Positions 11,768-25,287 are shown, counted from the stretch's first letter. The stretch is DNA of 64,000 nucleotides from an uncultured Acidobacteriota bacterium (GCA_963761645.1 CAVXIG010000067.1:118760-182759); one strand, 5' to 3'. Numbers and translations: made by a program. Notes: a model not told the origin generated them from the sequence alone.

Positions 11768-12310
11768 TCAGAGGCTGCGCTTCTTGGCCCGCAGACCGCG
11801 GCGGCTGCCGCCTTCCTTGCGCGGCTTGAAGTTGCTGCCGCCGCCACCGCCGAAGCCGCCGCCGAAATCGCCACCGCCGCCGCCGCCGCCGAAGTCGCCG
11901 CCACCGCCGAAGCCGCCGCCGCCAAAGCCGCCACCGCCGCCGCCGTAGCCGCCGCCACCACCGTAGCCGCCACCGCCACCGCCGGCGTAGCCGCCACGGC
12001 CGCCGCCACCGCCGCCGGCATAGCCGCCGCCAGCGTAGCCGCCCGGCCGCGGGCCGCCGGGAGTGCGCTCGCGCGCCTCATTGACGTTCAGGTTGCGCCC
12101 CTGGAAATCGTAGCCGTTGAACTGCTGGACCGCCTTCACGGCCTCCTCGTCCGAGCTCATCTCGACGAAGCCGAAGCCGCGCGAGCGGCCCGTGGCGCGA
12201 TCCATCATGACCGTCGCCGACTCGCAGGTGCCAGCCTGGCTGAACAACGTGCGGAGATCGTCGTCGTTGGTCTTGAAGTTCAGGTTGCCTACGAAAAGCT
12301 TCTTTCCCAT
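11768..12310 (-). CDS. glycine-rich RNA-binding protein (RRM domain)
   Basis: ATG at 12310 gives MGKKLFVGNLNFKTNDDDLRTLFSQAGTCESATVMMDRATGRSRGFGFVEM... (RNP2 LFVGNL, RNP1 RGFGFVEM). It is followed by a ~90-aa (GGY/GGF)n tail encoded by the GGC/GCC-rich tract 11810-12060. Confidence 0.85.
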   Translation of the reverse strand: MGKKLFVGNLNFKTNDDDLRTLFSQAGTCESATVMMDRATGRSRGFGFVEMSSDEEAVKAVQQFNGYDFQGRNLNVNEARERTPGGPRPGGYAGGGYAGGGGGGRGGYAGGGGGGYGGGGGYGGGGGGFGGGGFGGGGDFGGGGGGGDFGGGFGGGGGSNFKPRKEGGSRRGLRAKKRSL

Positions 12311-12515
12311 GTTCTCTGTCGCTCCTGGTCTCTGTATGAGGCCGTAGTTTTTCGGTGCGCCGGCCCTGGACACCGCCGGCGGCCACCTTTTTTAGGGCGG
12401 TGGGGTCTCTGGCCGCGCAGCGACAAAGACGAACGCCTCCCTGTATCAGGACTCACAAAGATACCAGAGCAGGCAAGGTGCCGTAAACGCTTTTGGAGTC
12501 TTTTCCCCGATCTTG

Positions 12516-13229
12516 TCACGGACAGCCGGCGAAGGCGAGAGTGTCGGTGACCGCCTGGGGCGTGACCCCCTGGGGGTTGAAGTAGACCCGGACCTGGCCG
12601 GTGCGGGTGTCGGTCACGGTCAGCAGGTACTGGACGTTGGTGGCGGGGCCGGTGAAGATCCAGTGCCGGCCGTTGTCGGCGCAGCCGTCGAGCACCTTGA
12701 CCAGCAGCTCCAGGTTGTCGGGCGAGACGAACCAGAGGATCCCGGAGTCCCGGGAGGGGACCGGCAGGACGGAAGCCGCGCCGGCCTTGCCGTCGGCGGC
12801 CTTCCAGACGGCGCGGACGCGGAAACGGCCGCCGAGGCAGAGCGTCTGGGCGTCGGCCACGCAGGGGCCCGGCACCGCGAAGGTGGTGACCGCGGCCTCC
12901 CTGGAGTACTCCGAGAAGGTGCCCGAGCGGCCCGCGCGGATCCGGAAGACGTAGGCGGTCGCCGGCTGCAGCCCCTGGACCTCGGCCTCCTTGGAGCCGG
13001 CCGGAACCGCGCCGACGTCCTCGAAGGCGCCGTCGATGGTCCTCACCTCGACCCGGTACTCGGTCTCGTCGGTGGCGCGGTCTTTCCAGGTGAGCTTCGC
13101 CGCGGTCGGCGTGAGAGTCACGGCGGCGAGGCGGCTGGGCGCCGCCGGCGGCGCGGCCGCCACCGCCACGGCGCAGGAGAGCCCGAGGCAGAGGGCCGCG
13201 AGACAGCGTGGAAACAGACGCCCTGTCAT
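12516..13229 (-). CDS. secreted fibronectin type-III domain protein with conserved Cys-containing C-terminal domain
   Basis: Intact 237-aa ORF: signal peptide; FN3-like region (...LTWKDRATDETEYRVEVR...ATAYVFRIRAG...); then a ~110-aa C-terminal domain ending ...TDTLAFAGCP that is paralogous to the C-terminus of CDS 43738..44961. Confidence 0.7.
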   Translation of the reverse strand: MTGRLFPRCLAALCLGLSCAVAVAAAPPAAPSRLAAVTLTPTAAKLTWKDRATDETEYRVEVRTIDGAFEDVGAVPAGSKEAEVQGLQPATAYVFRIRAGRSGTFSEYSREAAVTTFAVPGPCVADAQTLCLGGRFRVRAVWKAADGKAGAASVLPVPSRDSGILWFVSPDNLELLVKVLDGCADNGRHWIFTGPATNVQYLLTVTDTRTGQVRVYFNPQGVTPQAVTDTLAFAGCP

Positions 13230-13390
13230 CTCAATGTCTCCGGGTCAATGTCTCCGGGTAACAATTCGGTTGTACGGCTCGCCGATTCTATACCGCCCTT
13301 CCGCGGCCGGACGGCACGCCGCGACATGCTAGAATCCCATCGACCCCGCCGGCCCGAACCGGGAGTCCCCTCGCGCCCCCTGGAGAAGCG

Positions 13391-16300
13391 ATGCCTGTCA
13401 AGTTCCACCCCCGCCGCAGCTTCGCCCTGAAGTCGATGTTCCTGCTCGCCCCGCTGGCGCTGGCGAGCCTGCCGCTGTTTTATCCGCCGGCGCCGGCACG
13501 GGCTCGGCCGCGCCCTGGGAAGGCGCGGCGTTCGCCGGCGATCCCGCCGCGGTGGCCCGCGCCGCCGCCAGGATCCAGGGCGAAGAGGGGGACGACGTCG
13601 TGGTGCTCCTGATGGAGGCGAGCTACAGCTTCGACGAGGCCGGGCGCGAGACCTACAGCCAGCGGCTGGTCTACCGCATCCTCACCGCCGGCGCCCACGA
13701 GAGCTGGTCGACGGTCGAGGAGGGGTGGGAGCCGTGGCACCAGGCGCGGCCGGAGATCCGCGCCCGCGTCATCACGCCGGACGGCGCCGAGCACCTGCTC
13801 GATCCCGCGACCATCGCCGAGAACAGCGCCACCCGGGACGCCGCCGACATGTTCGAGGACGGCCGGGTGCTGCGCGCCCCGCTCCCCGCCACCCGGGCCG
13901 GCGCCGTCGTCGAGCAGCAGGTGACGGTGCGCGACACCGCGCCGTTCTTCGACGGCGGCGTGGTGCGGCTGCACAGCCTCGATCCCGGGATGCCCCTGCT
14001 CCACGCCCGGCTGACGCTCGAGGCGCCGGCCGCGATGCCGCTGCGCTGGGTCGCCCGCGAGCTGCCCGGGGTCTCCCCGCGGGAGGAGATGGTGGCCGGG
14101 CGCCGCCGGCTGACCTTCGAGGCCCGCGACCTCGACCCGGCGGACGATCCCGAGCCGGGGCTGCCGGCGGAGACGCCGCGCTCGGCCTACGTGGCCTTCT
14201 CGACCGGCCGCTCGTGGGCCGACCTGGCGCGCCGCTACTCGGAGATCGTCGACCGCTCGATCCGCGGCGCCGACATCGCGCCCTTCCTGCGCGCGGCGTC
14301 GGCGGGAGCCCCGCCGGCCTCGCAGCTCGAGACCATCAACCGCATCCTCGCCCGGATGAGCGACGAGGTCCGCTACACCGGCATGGAGCTCGGCGAGGGC
14401 GGGCTGATCCCCCGCACCCCGGCCGAGACGCTGAAGCGCCGGTTCGGCGACTGCAAGGACAAGGCGGTGCTGCTGACCGCCCTGCTGCGCGCCGCGGACA
14501 TCCCCGCCTACGTGGCCCTGCTCAACGCCGACGAGAGCGATCAGGACGTCGAGGAGTCGCTCCCCGGCTTCGGCCTGTTCAACCACGCGATCGTCGTGGT
14601 GCCCGGCGCGCCGGCGATCTGGATCGATCCCACCGATCCGTACGCGCGGGCCGGCGAGCTGCCGGTCGCCGACCAGGGGCGGCGCGCCCTCGTCGCCAGC
14701 CCCACCGCCACCGGCCTGGTCCGCACCCCCGAGGCCACCGCGGCCGAGAACCGGCAGGTCGAGACCCGCGAGGTCTTCCTCGCCGACCTCGGCCCCTCGC
14801 GCATCGTCGAGACCAGCGAGTACCAGGGGGCGATCGAGCGCGACGTGCGGGCCTTGTATGGGCTGCAGGACGGCCAGACGGTGCGCCAGGCGCTCAAGGA
14901 ATACGCCACCACCGCCTATCTCGCCGAGGACCTCGTCGGGGTGAGCCACTCGAACGCCACCGACCTCTCGGCGCCGATGCGCCTGCGGGTCGAGGTGAAG
15001 AACGCCCGCCGCGGCTTCACCGACGAGCGCAACGCCGGGGTCGGGATCAGCCCGGCGTCGCTGCTCAACCGCCTCCCCGACGAGTTCTCGTCGGCGGCGA
15101 CGGCGAGGACGCGAGCCCCGAGCCCCGGCAGGCCGACTACGTCTTCAGCCGGCCGATGACGGTCGAGGTCCGCTACCGGATCGTGCCGCCGGCGGGCTAC
15201 GCGCCGCAGCCGCTGCCCGCCGCGCGGGTGCGCCGTCTCGGCCCCGCCACCCTGTCGGAGGAGTACGCCGCGGCCGACGGCAACGTCGTCACCGCCACCT
15301 TCCGGCTCGACACCGGCAAGCGCCGCATCTCCCCCAAGGAGTTCGAGGCCCTGCGCTCGGGCGTGCGCGAGGCGCAGCAGGACAAGGTCGCGCTGCTGCT
15401 CTTCGACCAGGTCGGCGAGGCCCACCTCAACGCCGGCCGGGTGCGCGAGGCGCTGGCGGAGTTCCAGCGCCTGGCGGCGGCGGAGCCCGCCAAGGCCCTC
15501 CCCCGCACCCGCATCGCCCGCGCCCTGCTCGCCGGCGGCATGGGCGAGGCCGCGCGCGAGGAGGCGCGGCGGGCCATCCGCCTCGAACCGAAGCTCGCCC
15601 CCGCCTGGCGCCAGCTCGGCTGGGTCCTGCAGCACGACGAGCTCGGCCGCCGCTTCGGCCCCGGCTTCGACCGCGCCGGCGCCCTCGCCGCCTACCGCAA
15701 GGCCCGGGAGCTCGATCCCAGGGACCCGGTCACCCGCGCCGATCTGGCCATCCTCCTCGAGCACGACGCCCGCGGCCTGCGCTACAGCCCGCGGGCCGAC
15801 CTCGGCGCGGCGATCGACGAGTACAAGGCGCTCAAGAAGGACCTCGCGGCGAAGACCGTCGACGACAGCCTGCTGATCGCCCTGGTGCGGGCGGGGCGCT
15901 TCGCCGAGGCCAAGGAGCTGGCGGCCCAGATGAAGGACTCGCAGACCGGCTCCGTCCTCTCGCTGGTCGCCACCGCGGCCACCGACGGCATCGACGCCGC
16001 GGTGCGCGAGGGGGAGCGCGCGTTCGGCGACGACACCGCCCGCGCCTCGGCCCTGCAGGCGGCGGCCCAGAACCTGACGCTGGCGCGCCGCTACCCCGAA
16101 GCCGCGGCCCTGATGGAGCGGGCCAGCCGCCAGTCCGACAACGCCGCCGCCCTGCTCTCGATGGCCGACGCCCTGCGCCGGGCGCGGCGGCACGAGGAGA
16201 TCGTGCTGCCGGCGAACCAGCCGGCGACCCCGGCCCGCCGGCTGATGGCGATGACCACCGGCGAGAGGCTCGACTTCAAGGAGCTGGCCTCCCTCTTCTC

Positions 16301-17589
16301 CCGCGATGTCCAGCCCGGCATCCTCAAGGAGAGCGCGCAGGCCCAGCGGCTGCTCGACGCCGGCACCGCTCCGGCCCGCCGGCAGCTCCGCTCGCAGCAG
16401 GTGCCCTGGAACGTGGCGGTCGACTTCGCCCTCGGCGCCATGCAGGAGACGGTCAGCGGCGACGACGCCACGGGCTATCGCGTCGGGCTCTCCTTCCCCT
16501 TCGAGAAGAGCGCCAGGAACCTCAACGTCTACGTCGTGCCCGAAGCCGGGGAGTACCGGATCGCGGCGCTGAGCACCGTCGTCTCGATGCTCGGCGAGGA
16601 GTCGCTCCGGCGGCTCCAGCGCGGCGATCTCGCCGGGGCGCGGAAGTGGCTCGACTGGGCGCGCGAGGAGACCGGAGGCGACGAGGGGAACGGCGGCGAT
16701 CCCATCCCCCAGAACCCCTTCCCGGCGCTGTGGGCTGAAAAATCCGCGGCGAGCGCCGACGACGCGCGCTGCGCCGCCGCCGCCCTGCTCACCACCACCC
16801 GGGAGAGCAGCGCCAGGGCGCTCCCCCTCCTGCGCGCCTGCCGCGACGCCGCCGGCGATCCGGCGCGGCGCAACGCCTTCGACATGGCGCTCGCCCTGGG
16901 CGACGCGGCCACCGACCGTTTCGCCGAGATGGAGGAGGATTCGGGGCGCCTGCTCGCCGCCGCCCCGGGCTCCGAGCGCGCCGAGCGGCTGCATGCCCTG
17001 GCCCTCGTCTCCCTCGGACGCTGGGGAGAGATCCGCGCGCTCGCCGAGCGGCGCCTCCAGCGCGCGGCCGACGATCCCTGGGCTCTCCAACTGCTCGCCA
17101 GCGACGCCCTGCACGCCCGCGACCTCGACCAGGCCGAGGCGCGGCTGCGGCAGATCGTCAAGTCCGGCAAGGCGACGGCGAGCAACTACAACGAGCTCGC
17201 CTGGCTGCTCCTCGAGCGGGGCCGGGTGGACGACGAGGCGCTCGACTTCGGCCAGCGCGCCGCCACCCTCTCCGATTACACGCAGTCGCCCGCCCTCCAT
17301 ACCCTCGCCTGCCTCTACGCCGAGAAGGGGCGCACCGCCGAGGCCTACCGGATCATCGTGCAGGCGATCGGCGCCAAGCCCGGCGAGGCCCCCGGCGCCG
17401 ACGACTGGTACGTCTTCGGCCGTCTCGCCGAGCAGTACGGCCTGCCGGACGTGGCCCGCAAGTACTACCGGAAGGTGACCCCGCCCAAGAGCCTGGACGC
17501 CGAGCCGATGTCCACCCACGCCCTGGCCACCCGCCGGCTCGGCCGCCCTCGGCGAGGAGAAGAAGCCGCAGCGCCGCGCGGCGCTCTGA
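13391..17589 (+). CDS. large secreted transglutaminase-like (DUF3857-type) / TPR-repeat protein (frameshifted)
   Basis: Signal peptide ORF 13391..13612 (MPVKFHPRRSFALKSMFLLAPLALASLPLF). DUF3857-like N-domain plus transglutaminase-like core RRFGDCKDKAVLLTALLRAADIPAYVALL in ORF 13552..15159. Long TPR/alpha-helical C-terminal region in ORF 13725..18236. Indels near ~13490 and ~15080. The C-terminal end (stop 17587-17589 after another inferred shift) is uncertain. Confidence 0.65.
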
Positions 17590-17730
17590 GCCGCTCTGGC
17601 CCCGTCTTTGCTTCGCTCCCGGACGGCACTCGTGCGCCTGCGTCCAACCGCGTTCCGAGGAGAAAGCGATGCTGTCCGAACCGCAGAAAGTATCCGCCCG
17701 CTCACGCCGCTCCACGCGGAGGCCGTCCCG

Positions 17731-19216
17731 ATGACCGGGGCCGCTCCGGCGGACGTCCCCGCGGGGTGGACCGCCAGGGCGAGCCGGCTGCTCACCGCGC
17801 TGTTCGTGATCGTCGTCCTCGAAGCCCTCTACACCGTTCCCAAGTACACCTGGGACCTCGCCGTCGGCGGCCGCTCAGGGGTCGGAATCCTGCTGGCCTT
17901 GAGCGTCGCCGGCGCGGCGGCAGCCCTCCTCTGGGCCGCGCGGCACCGGCTGGCGGCCCGGCTCCAGTCGGTGGGCGAACGGCTGGCGGCCGTCCCCCGC
18001 TGGCGCTGGCTCGCCCTGGTGATCGGAACCGGGCTCGTCCTGCGCGTCGCCTGGATGATCCTGTTCCCCGCCCCCCTGGCCTCGGACGGCCTCGCCTACT
18101 ACGACCTGGCCGCGCGGCTGGCGCACGGGCTCACCTATCAGACCCCCAAGGCCGAGTGGGCCGCGTGGCCGCCCGGCTACCCCTTCGTCCTGCTCGTCCA
18201 CTTCCGGCTCCTCGGCGTCGAGCCCCTGGGCGGTGAACGTCGCCAATCTCCTGCTCTTCGCCGGCGCGATGCTCGCCGTCTACGCCCTCGCCCGGCGCTT
18301 CGGCGAGGCGACCGCGCGCCTGGCGACGCTCCTGCTCGCCCTCTGGCCCAACCTGATCGCCTCGGCCGGCGTCGCGACCAAGGAGAGCGTGATCATCTTC
18401 CTGCTGCCGGTCCTGCTCCTGCTCTATCTGCGGGCCGGCGAGGAGCCTTCGCCGCGGGAAGGCGGCGGCGATGCGTTTCGTGGCGGGCATGGTGCTGGGG
18501 TACTGCACCCTGACCCAGCCGGGGATCCTGCTGTTCGCCGGGGTCTTCGCCGCCTACGAGTTGCTCCTCCGCGCGCCCGTCCTCCGCATCGCGGCGCGCC
18601 TCGCCCTGCTCGCCGCCGGCATGCTCGCCGTCATCCTCCCCTGGAGCGTCCGGAACTACCGCGTGCTCCACACGCCGGTGCTGGTCTCGACCCTCGGCGG
18701 CGACGTCTTCTACCGGGCCAACAACCCCCTGGCGACCGGCGGCTGGATCAAGGACGGCGAGCGCCCTTTGCGCGACTACGACGAGCTGACGCGAAGCCGC
18801 CTGGGCTACCAGTGGGGCAAGGAATGGATCCGCGAGAACCCGGACGAGTTCCTGCTCCTCGCGCTCCAGAAGCAGGTCCTCTTCCTGGGGGACGACGCCG
18901 TGGGCGTCTACGAGACCCTGAAGCGGGGGCTCGGCGTCGGCGGCAAGTCCTACGCCCTGGCGAAGCTCGGCGTCCAACGCCTACTGGTGGGGGATCTGGG
19001 CGCTGGTGCTCGCCGCCTTCTTCGTCCGCGCCGTCCACCTCCTGGCCGCGGCGCGCGGAGGTCGTGCTCTTCCTGCTGACCATCCTCTATTTCTGGGCGA
19101 TCGACAGCGTTTTCGAGAGCGGAGCCCGCCACCACACGCCGCTCGTGGGGCTGCTGGCGATCCTGGCGGCATCGCTGGCGGGGGCGGAGCCGCGGCGCGA
19201 GGTGACGCGCCTGTAA
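17731..19216 (+). CDS. integral-membrane glycosyltransferase, GT39/ArnT/PMT_2-like (frameshifted)
   Basis: ATG 17731 (MTGAAPADV...). Multi-TM with PMT_2/ArnT-like first-loop region (...ASDGLAYYDLAARLAHGLTYQTP...WPPGYPFVLL). Split across ORFs 17608..18513, 18233..19216 and 18471..19079. It ends at 19216. Confidence 0.55.
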
Positions 19217-19225
19217 ACTCCCCCC

Positions 19226-20995
19226 ATGAACATCCTCGGCCTCTCCGCCTTCTTCCACGAATCCGCCTGCTGCCTGCTGCGCGGCGGCCGACTGGTGGCG
19301 GCGGCCGAGGAGGAACGGTTCTCGCGGGTCAAGCACGATCCCCGGCTGCCGGTCGCCGCCTTCCGCTTCTGCCTGCGCGCGGGCGGGATCGGCATCACGG
19401 ACCTCGACGCCGTCGCCTACTACGAGTCGCCGGTCAGAAAGCTCTCCCGCCAGCTCTGGGCCGGCATCCCCGCGGGAGCCTCCCCGGGCCTGGACTGGCT
19501 CGATCCGCGGGCTCCGGAACGGGCGATCCGCGAGGGGCTGGGGTGGGACGGGCCGATCCTCACCTTCGATCACCACCTCTCCCACGCCGCGAGCTCGTTC
19601 CTCTTCTCGGAGTTTCCGGAGGCCGCCCTCCTCACCGTCGACGGCGTCGGCGAATGGGCCACCACGGCGTATGGCCGCGGGCGCGGCGCCGCGGTCGAGC
19701 TGTTCGAGGAGGTCGACTTCCCGCACTCCCTGGGCCTGCTCTACGCCACCCTCACCTCCTACCTGGGCTTCGAGGTCAACGACGGCGAGTACAAGGTGAT
19801 GGGCCTCGCCCCCTACGGCGAGCCGCGCTTTCTCGACGAGATGCGCCGGCTCGTCTCCCCGGGATCGGGAGGGACAATACCGGCTCGACCTCCAGTACTT
19901 CGATTTCATTCGCGGCCGGCGGATGTACTCGGACGCCCTGCCGCGCCTCTTCGGCGAGCCGCCGCGGAAGCCTGAGAGCGGAGATCACCCGCTTCCATCA
20001 GGACGTCGCGCGGAGCCTCCAGGCCGTGCTCGAAGAGATCCTGCTCGCGAAGGCCCACTGGCTCCACGAGCGCACCGGCCTTCCCCGACCTCTGCATGGC
20101 CGGAGGCGTGGCCCTCAACGTGGTCGCCAACGGCCGCATCCTGCGCGAGGGCCCTTTCGAGCGCCTGTTCGTCCAGCCCGCCGCCGGCGACTCCGGCGCC
20201 TGCCTCGGCGCCGCCGCCCTGGCCCACGCCCAGCTCACCGGCGGGCGGCCGGAGCCCCTGCGCCACGTCTATCTCGGACCGCGCTGGAGCTGCCGCGAGA
20301 TCGCCGGCCTGCTCGCCGCCACCGGGATCGCCGCCGAGGACTTCCGCGATCGCGAGGCCGAGCTGCTGGAGGCGGTGGTGGACCGGCTGGCGGCCGGCCG
20401 GGTGATCGGCTGGTTCCACGGCCCTCTGGAGCTCGGCCCTCGCGCGCTCGGCGGCCGGAGCCTGCTGGCCGACCCCGCGATCCCGGGATGCGCGACCGCC
20501 TGAACCACCTGGTCAAGAAGCGCGAGGCGTTCCGCCCCTTCGCGCCCAGCGTCCTCGCCGCCCACGCCGCCGGGCACTTCGATCTCGATCACCCCTCCCC
20601 CTACATGCTGGAGACCTGCCCGGTGACCTCGCCGCTCGACCTGCCGGCGGTCACCCACGTCGACGGCTCGGCCCGCCCGCAGACGGTCGATCCCGCGGTC
20701 GCCCCGCGCTACGCCGCCCTGCTCGAAGCCTTCCGGCGGCGCACCGGCTGCCCGCTGCTGGTGAACACCTCCTTCAACGTGCGCGGCGAGCCGATCGTCG
20801 CCTCCCCCGTGGACGCTCTCTCCTGCATGGGGGTCTCGGGGATCGACGTCCTGGTCCTGGAGGATTTCCTGATCGACCGCGCCAGCGCTGCCGTCGAACT
20901 GGGCCGACCTCCTCCCCGCCTGGCGCGAGCGCGCCCGCAGCGGCTTCGCCCGGGGTTCGAGCGCGATCAGCGCCGACCTCTACACGTTCGTATGA
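19226..20995 (+). CDS. carbamoyltransferase, NodU/CmcH family (frameshifted)
   Basis: N-terminal domain [38 protein letters not shown]...[12 protein letters not shown]...DGVGEWATT...FPHSLGLLY...[12 protein letters not shown] is co-linear with the NodU/NovN family. Further segments are in ORFs 19923..20405, 19006..23103 and 20096..20503 ([38 protein letters not shown]...[14 protein letters not shown]). It needs at least four frame changes. Its stop TGA 20993-20995 overlaps the next gene's ATG. Confidence 0.75.
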
Positions 20996-23103
20996 GATCG
21001 CTCTACGACGCCCTCGCCCAGCTCCTCGCCACTCCCGAGGGCCTGCGCACCGCCCGTCTCCTCCAGGCGGCCGGCCTGCTCGGCGCGCCCGCCGCCCCGG
21101 CACCCCGTCCTATCCCACGATTCCCGGAGCCGATCAGCATCTGGCAGCCGCGGCGAGGAATCGACGGCGAGACCGTCTTCGTCCGTCCCGATCCCCTGCC
21201 GCTCGGGGATCACCATGCGGCCACGCCGGTCCTCCGGCCCAAGAAGTCGCTGCTTCCGCTCCGCGTCGCCTTCTTCGGCGAGTCGGTCGCGGCGGGCTAT
21301 CTCTACGCTCCCCACCTGACGCCCGCCCAGGTGCTCGAAGCCCAGCTCCGGGCCGCCGGCGGGGCGGAGCTGCTTCGAGGTGATCGATCTCGCCCGCACC
21401 AACGAGACCCTCCCCTCCCTCGCCGCGACCGTGCGCGCCTCGCTTCAGATCAACCCGGACGTGCTCGTCCTCTTCGCCGGCAACAACTGGAACCTGCTGG
21501 AGACGCCGGAGGTCTCCCCCTACGCCCCGTCCGTCGCGGCGCGGCAGCGTTACGGTCAGGCGCTGCGGGAGGAAGGGATCGCGGGGCCGATCGGGCTCGC
21601 CGCGGAGAGACTCCGGCAGGCGGCGGAAGCGGCGTTCGGCGACATCGCGGAGCTCGCCTGGGCGGTGCACATCCCGGTCGTCGTGGTGATTCCGGAGGTC
21701 AACCTCGCCGACTGGGAGACGCGCCAGCCGCCGGTCTGGCTGAGCGGGGACGGCACCGGCCGCTGGCACGCCCTCTACGCCGAAGCCGTCGAACGCCTCG
21801 ACCAGCACGACTTCGCGGGCGCGATCGAAGTCCGCCCAAAGCGATGCGGGAGCTCGACGGCGGCGACTGCTCCTCGACGTGGCGCCTCCTCGCCCGAGCC
21901 CACCTTGGTCTTGGCAATCTGGAGGACGCGCGGAACGCCTGTCTCGCCGAAGTCGACGCCGCCCGCTACGCCACCCTCGCCTTCTTGAGCGCCCCCCAGG
22001 CCACCACGGCGGCCCGCGAGCTGTCGCGGGATCTTGCCCGCCGGCACGGCTTCCTCGCCGTGGACCTCCGCGACGTCTTTTCCGAGCACACCGGATCGAG
22101 CCTGCCGGACCGCCGCCTCTTCCTCGATTACTGCCATCTGACCCTGGAGGGGATCCAGGTCGCCATGGCCGCCGTCGCGGCCCAGGTGCTGAATCTCTCG
22201 GGAATGCTCGACGAGGAGGCGGACTGGCGGCGCCTGATCTCCTCCTCGCCGCTCTCTCCCGAAGCCGAAGCCGTCGCCTGTTTCGGAGCCGCCATCCACA
22301 CCGCCCACCGCCTCCTGTCGACCGGCCCCAAGCGCCCTATCCTGGAGCACTGGTGCGAGGCCGCCCTCGACGCCTCGCCCGGCATCGCCGAGACGATGCT
22401 CGACCTCGTCGCCGCCCGCTGCGCCCCCTGCCCCGCCGTGCTGACCGCCGCCCAGCAGCGCAACCTCGCCTCCCCCTACCGCCTCCTCCTCCAGCACGGC
22501 TGGCGCTGGGACCACCTCGACGCCGATCTGATCGAGGCCATCCGCGCCGTCCTGGAGCGCCGCGGCCACCCGGCCGGAGAGCGGATCGACCGCCTCCTCC
22601 TGGAGCACCTCGCGATCCGCGAGGAAGGGACCGAGTTGCTCGACGCGATCTACCTCTGGGAACCGCTGGAGAGGTTTTATCCGGAGGTGATGGATTTCGA
22701 GGATCTGTCCCGCCGGGCGACCTTTCGCAGCCCCTGGCCGGAGTCCTCGTTCTGCCTGATCTGCGACGCGGAACGGGACGTGGAGATCGCAATGACCGTC
22801 CGGCTCTCCGCGCCCGGACGGGTAGGGCTCGCCGTCAATGATCGGGATCTCGGAACCGTGGACGCGGGAGAACGCTGGACGCGGGCGGTGCTGCGGATCG
22901 AGCGGGAAAGTCTGTACCGCGGCCTGAATCGCCTTACCTTGCGCTGGCCGCCGCCGCCGGACGGCGAGGCCGCACTCGCCGCTGCCGCGGAACGCCTCGA
23001 AATTGGGGTCGCGGCGGACCTGCACCCGGTGTTCGGAGAGATTTTTTCGTTGCGCTCGACTCCATCCACATTCCGGGGAAGGGCCGGAACGTTTCACTGC
23101 TAG
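20992..23103 (+). CDS. hypothetical protein with SGNH/GDSL-hydrolase-like N-terminal region and large C-terminal domain (frameshifted)
   Basis: ATG 20992 ([10 protein letters not shown]...) is coupled to the carbamoyltransferase stop (ATGA). Contains ...LRVAFFGESVAAGYLY..., then the 21380..21988 frame (...DVLVLFAGNNWNLL...), then the 19006..23103 frame to stop 23103. No confident functional assignment. Confidence 0.5.
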   Translation: MRSLYDALAQLLATPEGLRTARLLQAAGLLGAPAAPAPRPIPRFPEPISIWQPRRGIDGETVFVRPDPLPLGDHHAATPVLRPKKSLLPLRVAFFGESVAAGYLYAPHLTPAQVLEAQLRAAGGAELLRGDRSRPHQRDPPLPRRDRARLASDQPGRARPLRRQQLEPAGDAGGLPLRPVRRGAAALRSGAAGGRDRGADRARRGETPAGGGSGVRRHRGARLGGAHPGRRGDSGGQPRRLGDAPAAGLAERGRHRPLARPLRRSRRTPRPARLRGRDRSPPKAMRELDGGDCSSTWRLLARAHLGLGNLEDARNACLAEVDAARYATLAFLSAPQATTAARELSRDLARRHGFLAVDLRDVFSEHTGSSLPDRRLFLDYCHLTLEGIQVAMAAVAAQVLNLSGMLDEEADWRRLISSSPLSPEAEAVACFGAAIHTAHRLLSTGPKRPILEHWCEAALDASPGIAETMLDLVAARCAPCPAVLTAAQQRNLASPYRLLLQHGWRWDHLDADLIEAIRAVLERRGHPAGERIDRLLLEHLAIREEGTELLDAIYLWEPLERFYPEVMDFEDLSRRATFRSPWPESSFCLICDAERDVEIAMTVRLSAPGRVGLAVNDRDLGTVDAGERWTRAVLRIERESLYRGLNRLTLRWPPPPDGEAALAAAAERLEIGVAADLHPVFGEIFSLRSTPSTFRGRAGTFHC

Positions 23104-23340
23104 GTCGAGAGGCAATTTTGCTGTTCGCCGGCCTTGTTTTCGATCCCTCCCGAGTTATTTTGAAGTCCGCCCGGGTTTCCGCGCTCCTCCGCTACGTCTC
23201 CGCGTTCCCCAAAACCTTGACGCGCTTCCCCGCGATGTCGCCGCGCTCCGCCGCAACATTGCGGAGCTCTGCCGCAACGTTGCGGAGCTCTTCTGGAACG
23301 CGGGCGGGAACCTCGGCAGGCTTGCGGCGGATGCCCGGGC

Positions 23341-25233
<1,893 letters not shown>

Positions 25234-25287
25234 TCAAGCGTGTAGACGTGCAAGCTGAAAAACGGGAGGAGAGGCCGAAGATCGTCA

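Noticed and set aside
11810-12060. GGC/GCC microsatellite-like tract as an independent repeat element
   Set aside because: It is in frame within the RRM gene and encodes the (GGY/GGF)n tail typical of glycine-rich RNA-binding proteins.
14916-17795. 959-aa minus-strand ORF (and 13480..14949, 489 aa) opposite the transglutaminase/TPR gene
   Set aside because: Low-complexity, no start context or homology. The opposite strand carries a gene with recognisable domains. GC-driven absence of stop codons.
23253-23296. Tandem palindromic 22-bp units downstream of thiC as an operator
   Set aside because: They lie in a 3' convergent intergenic region, not upstream of a promoter. More likely weak hairpin terminators or a repeat family. 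Retained only as a motif shared with 62.2 kb.
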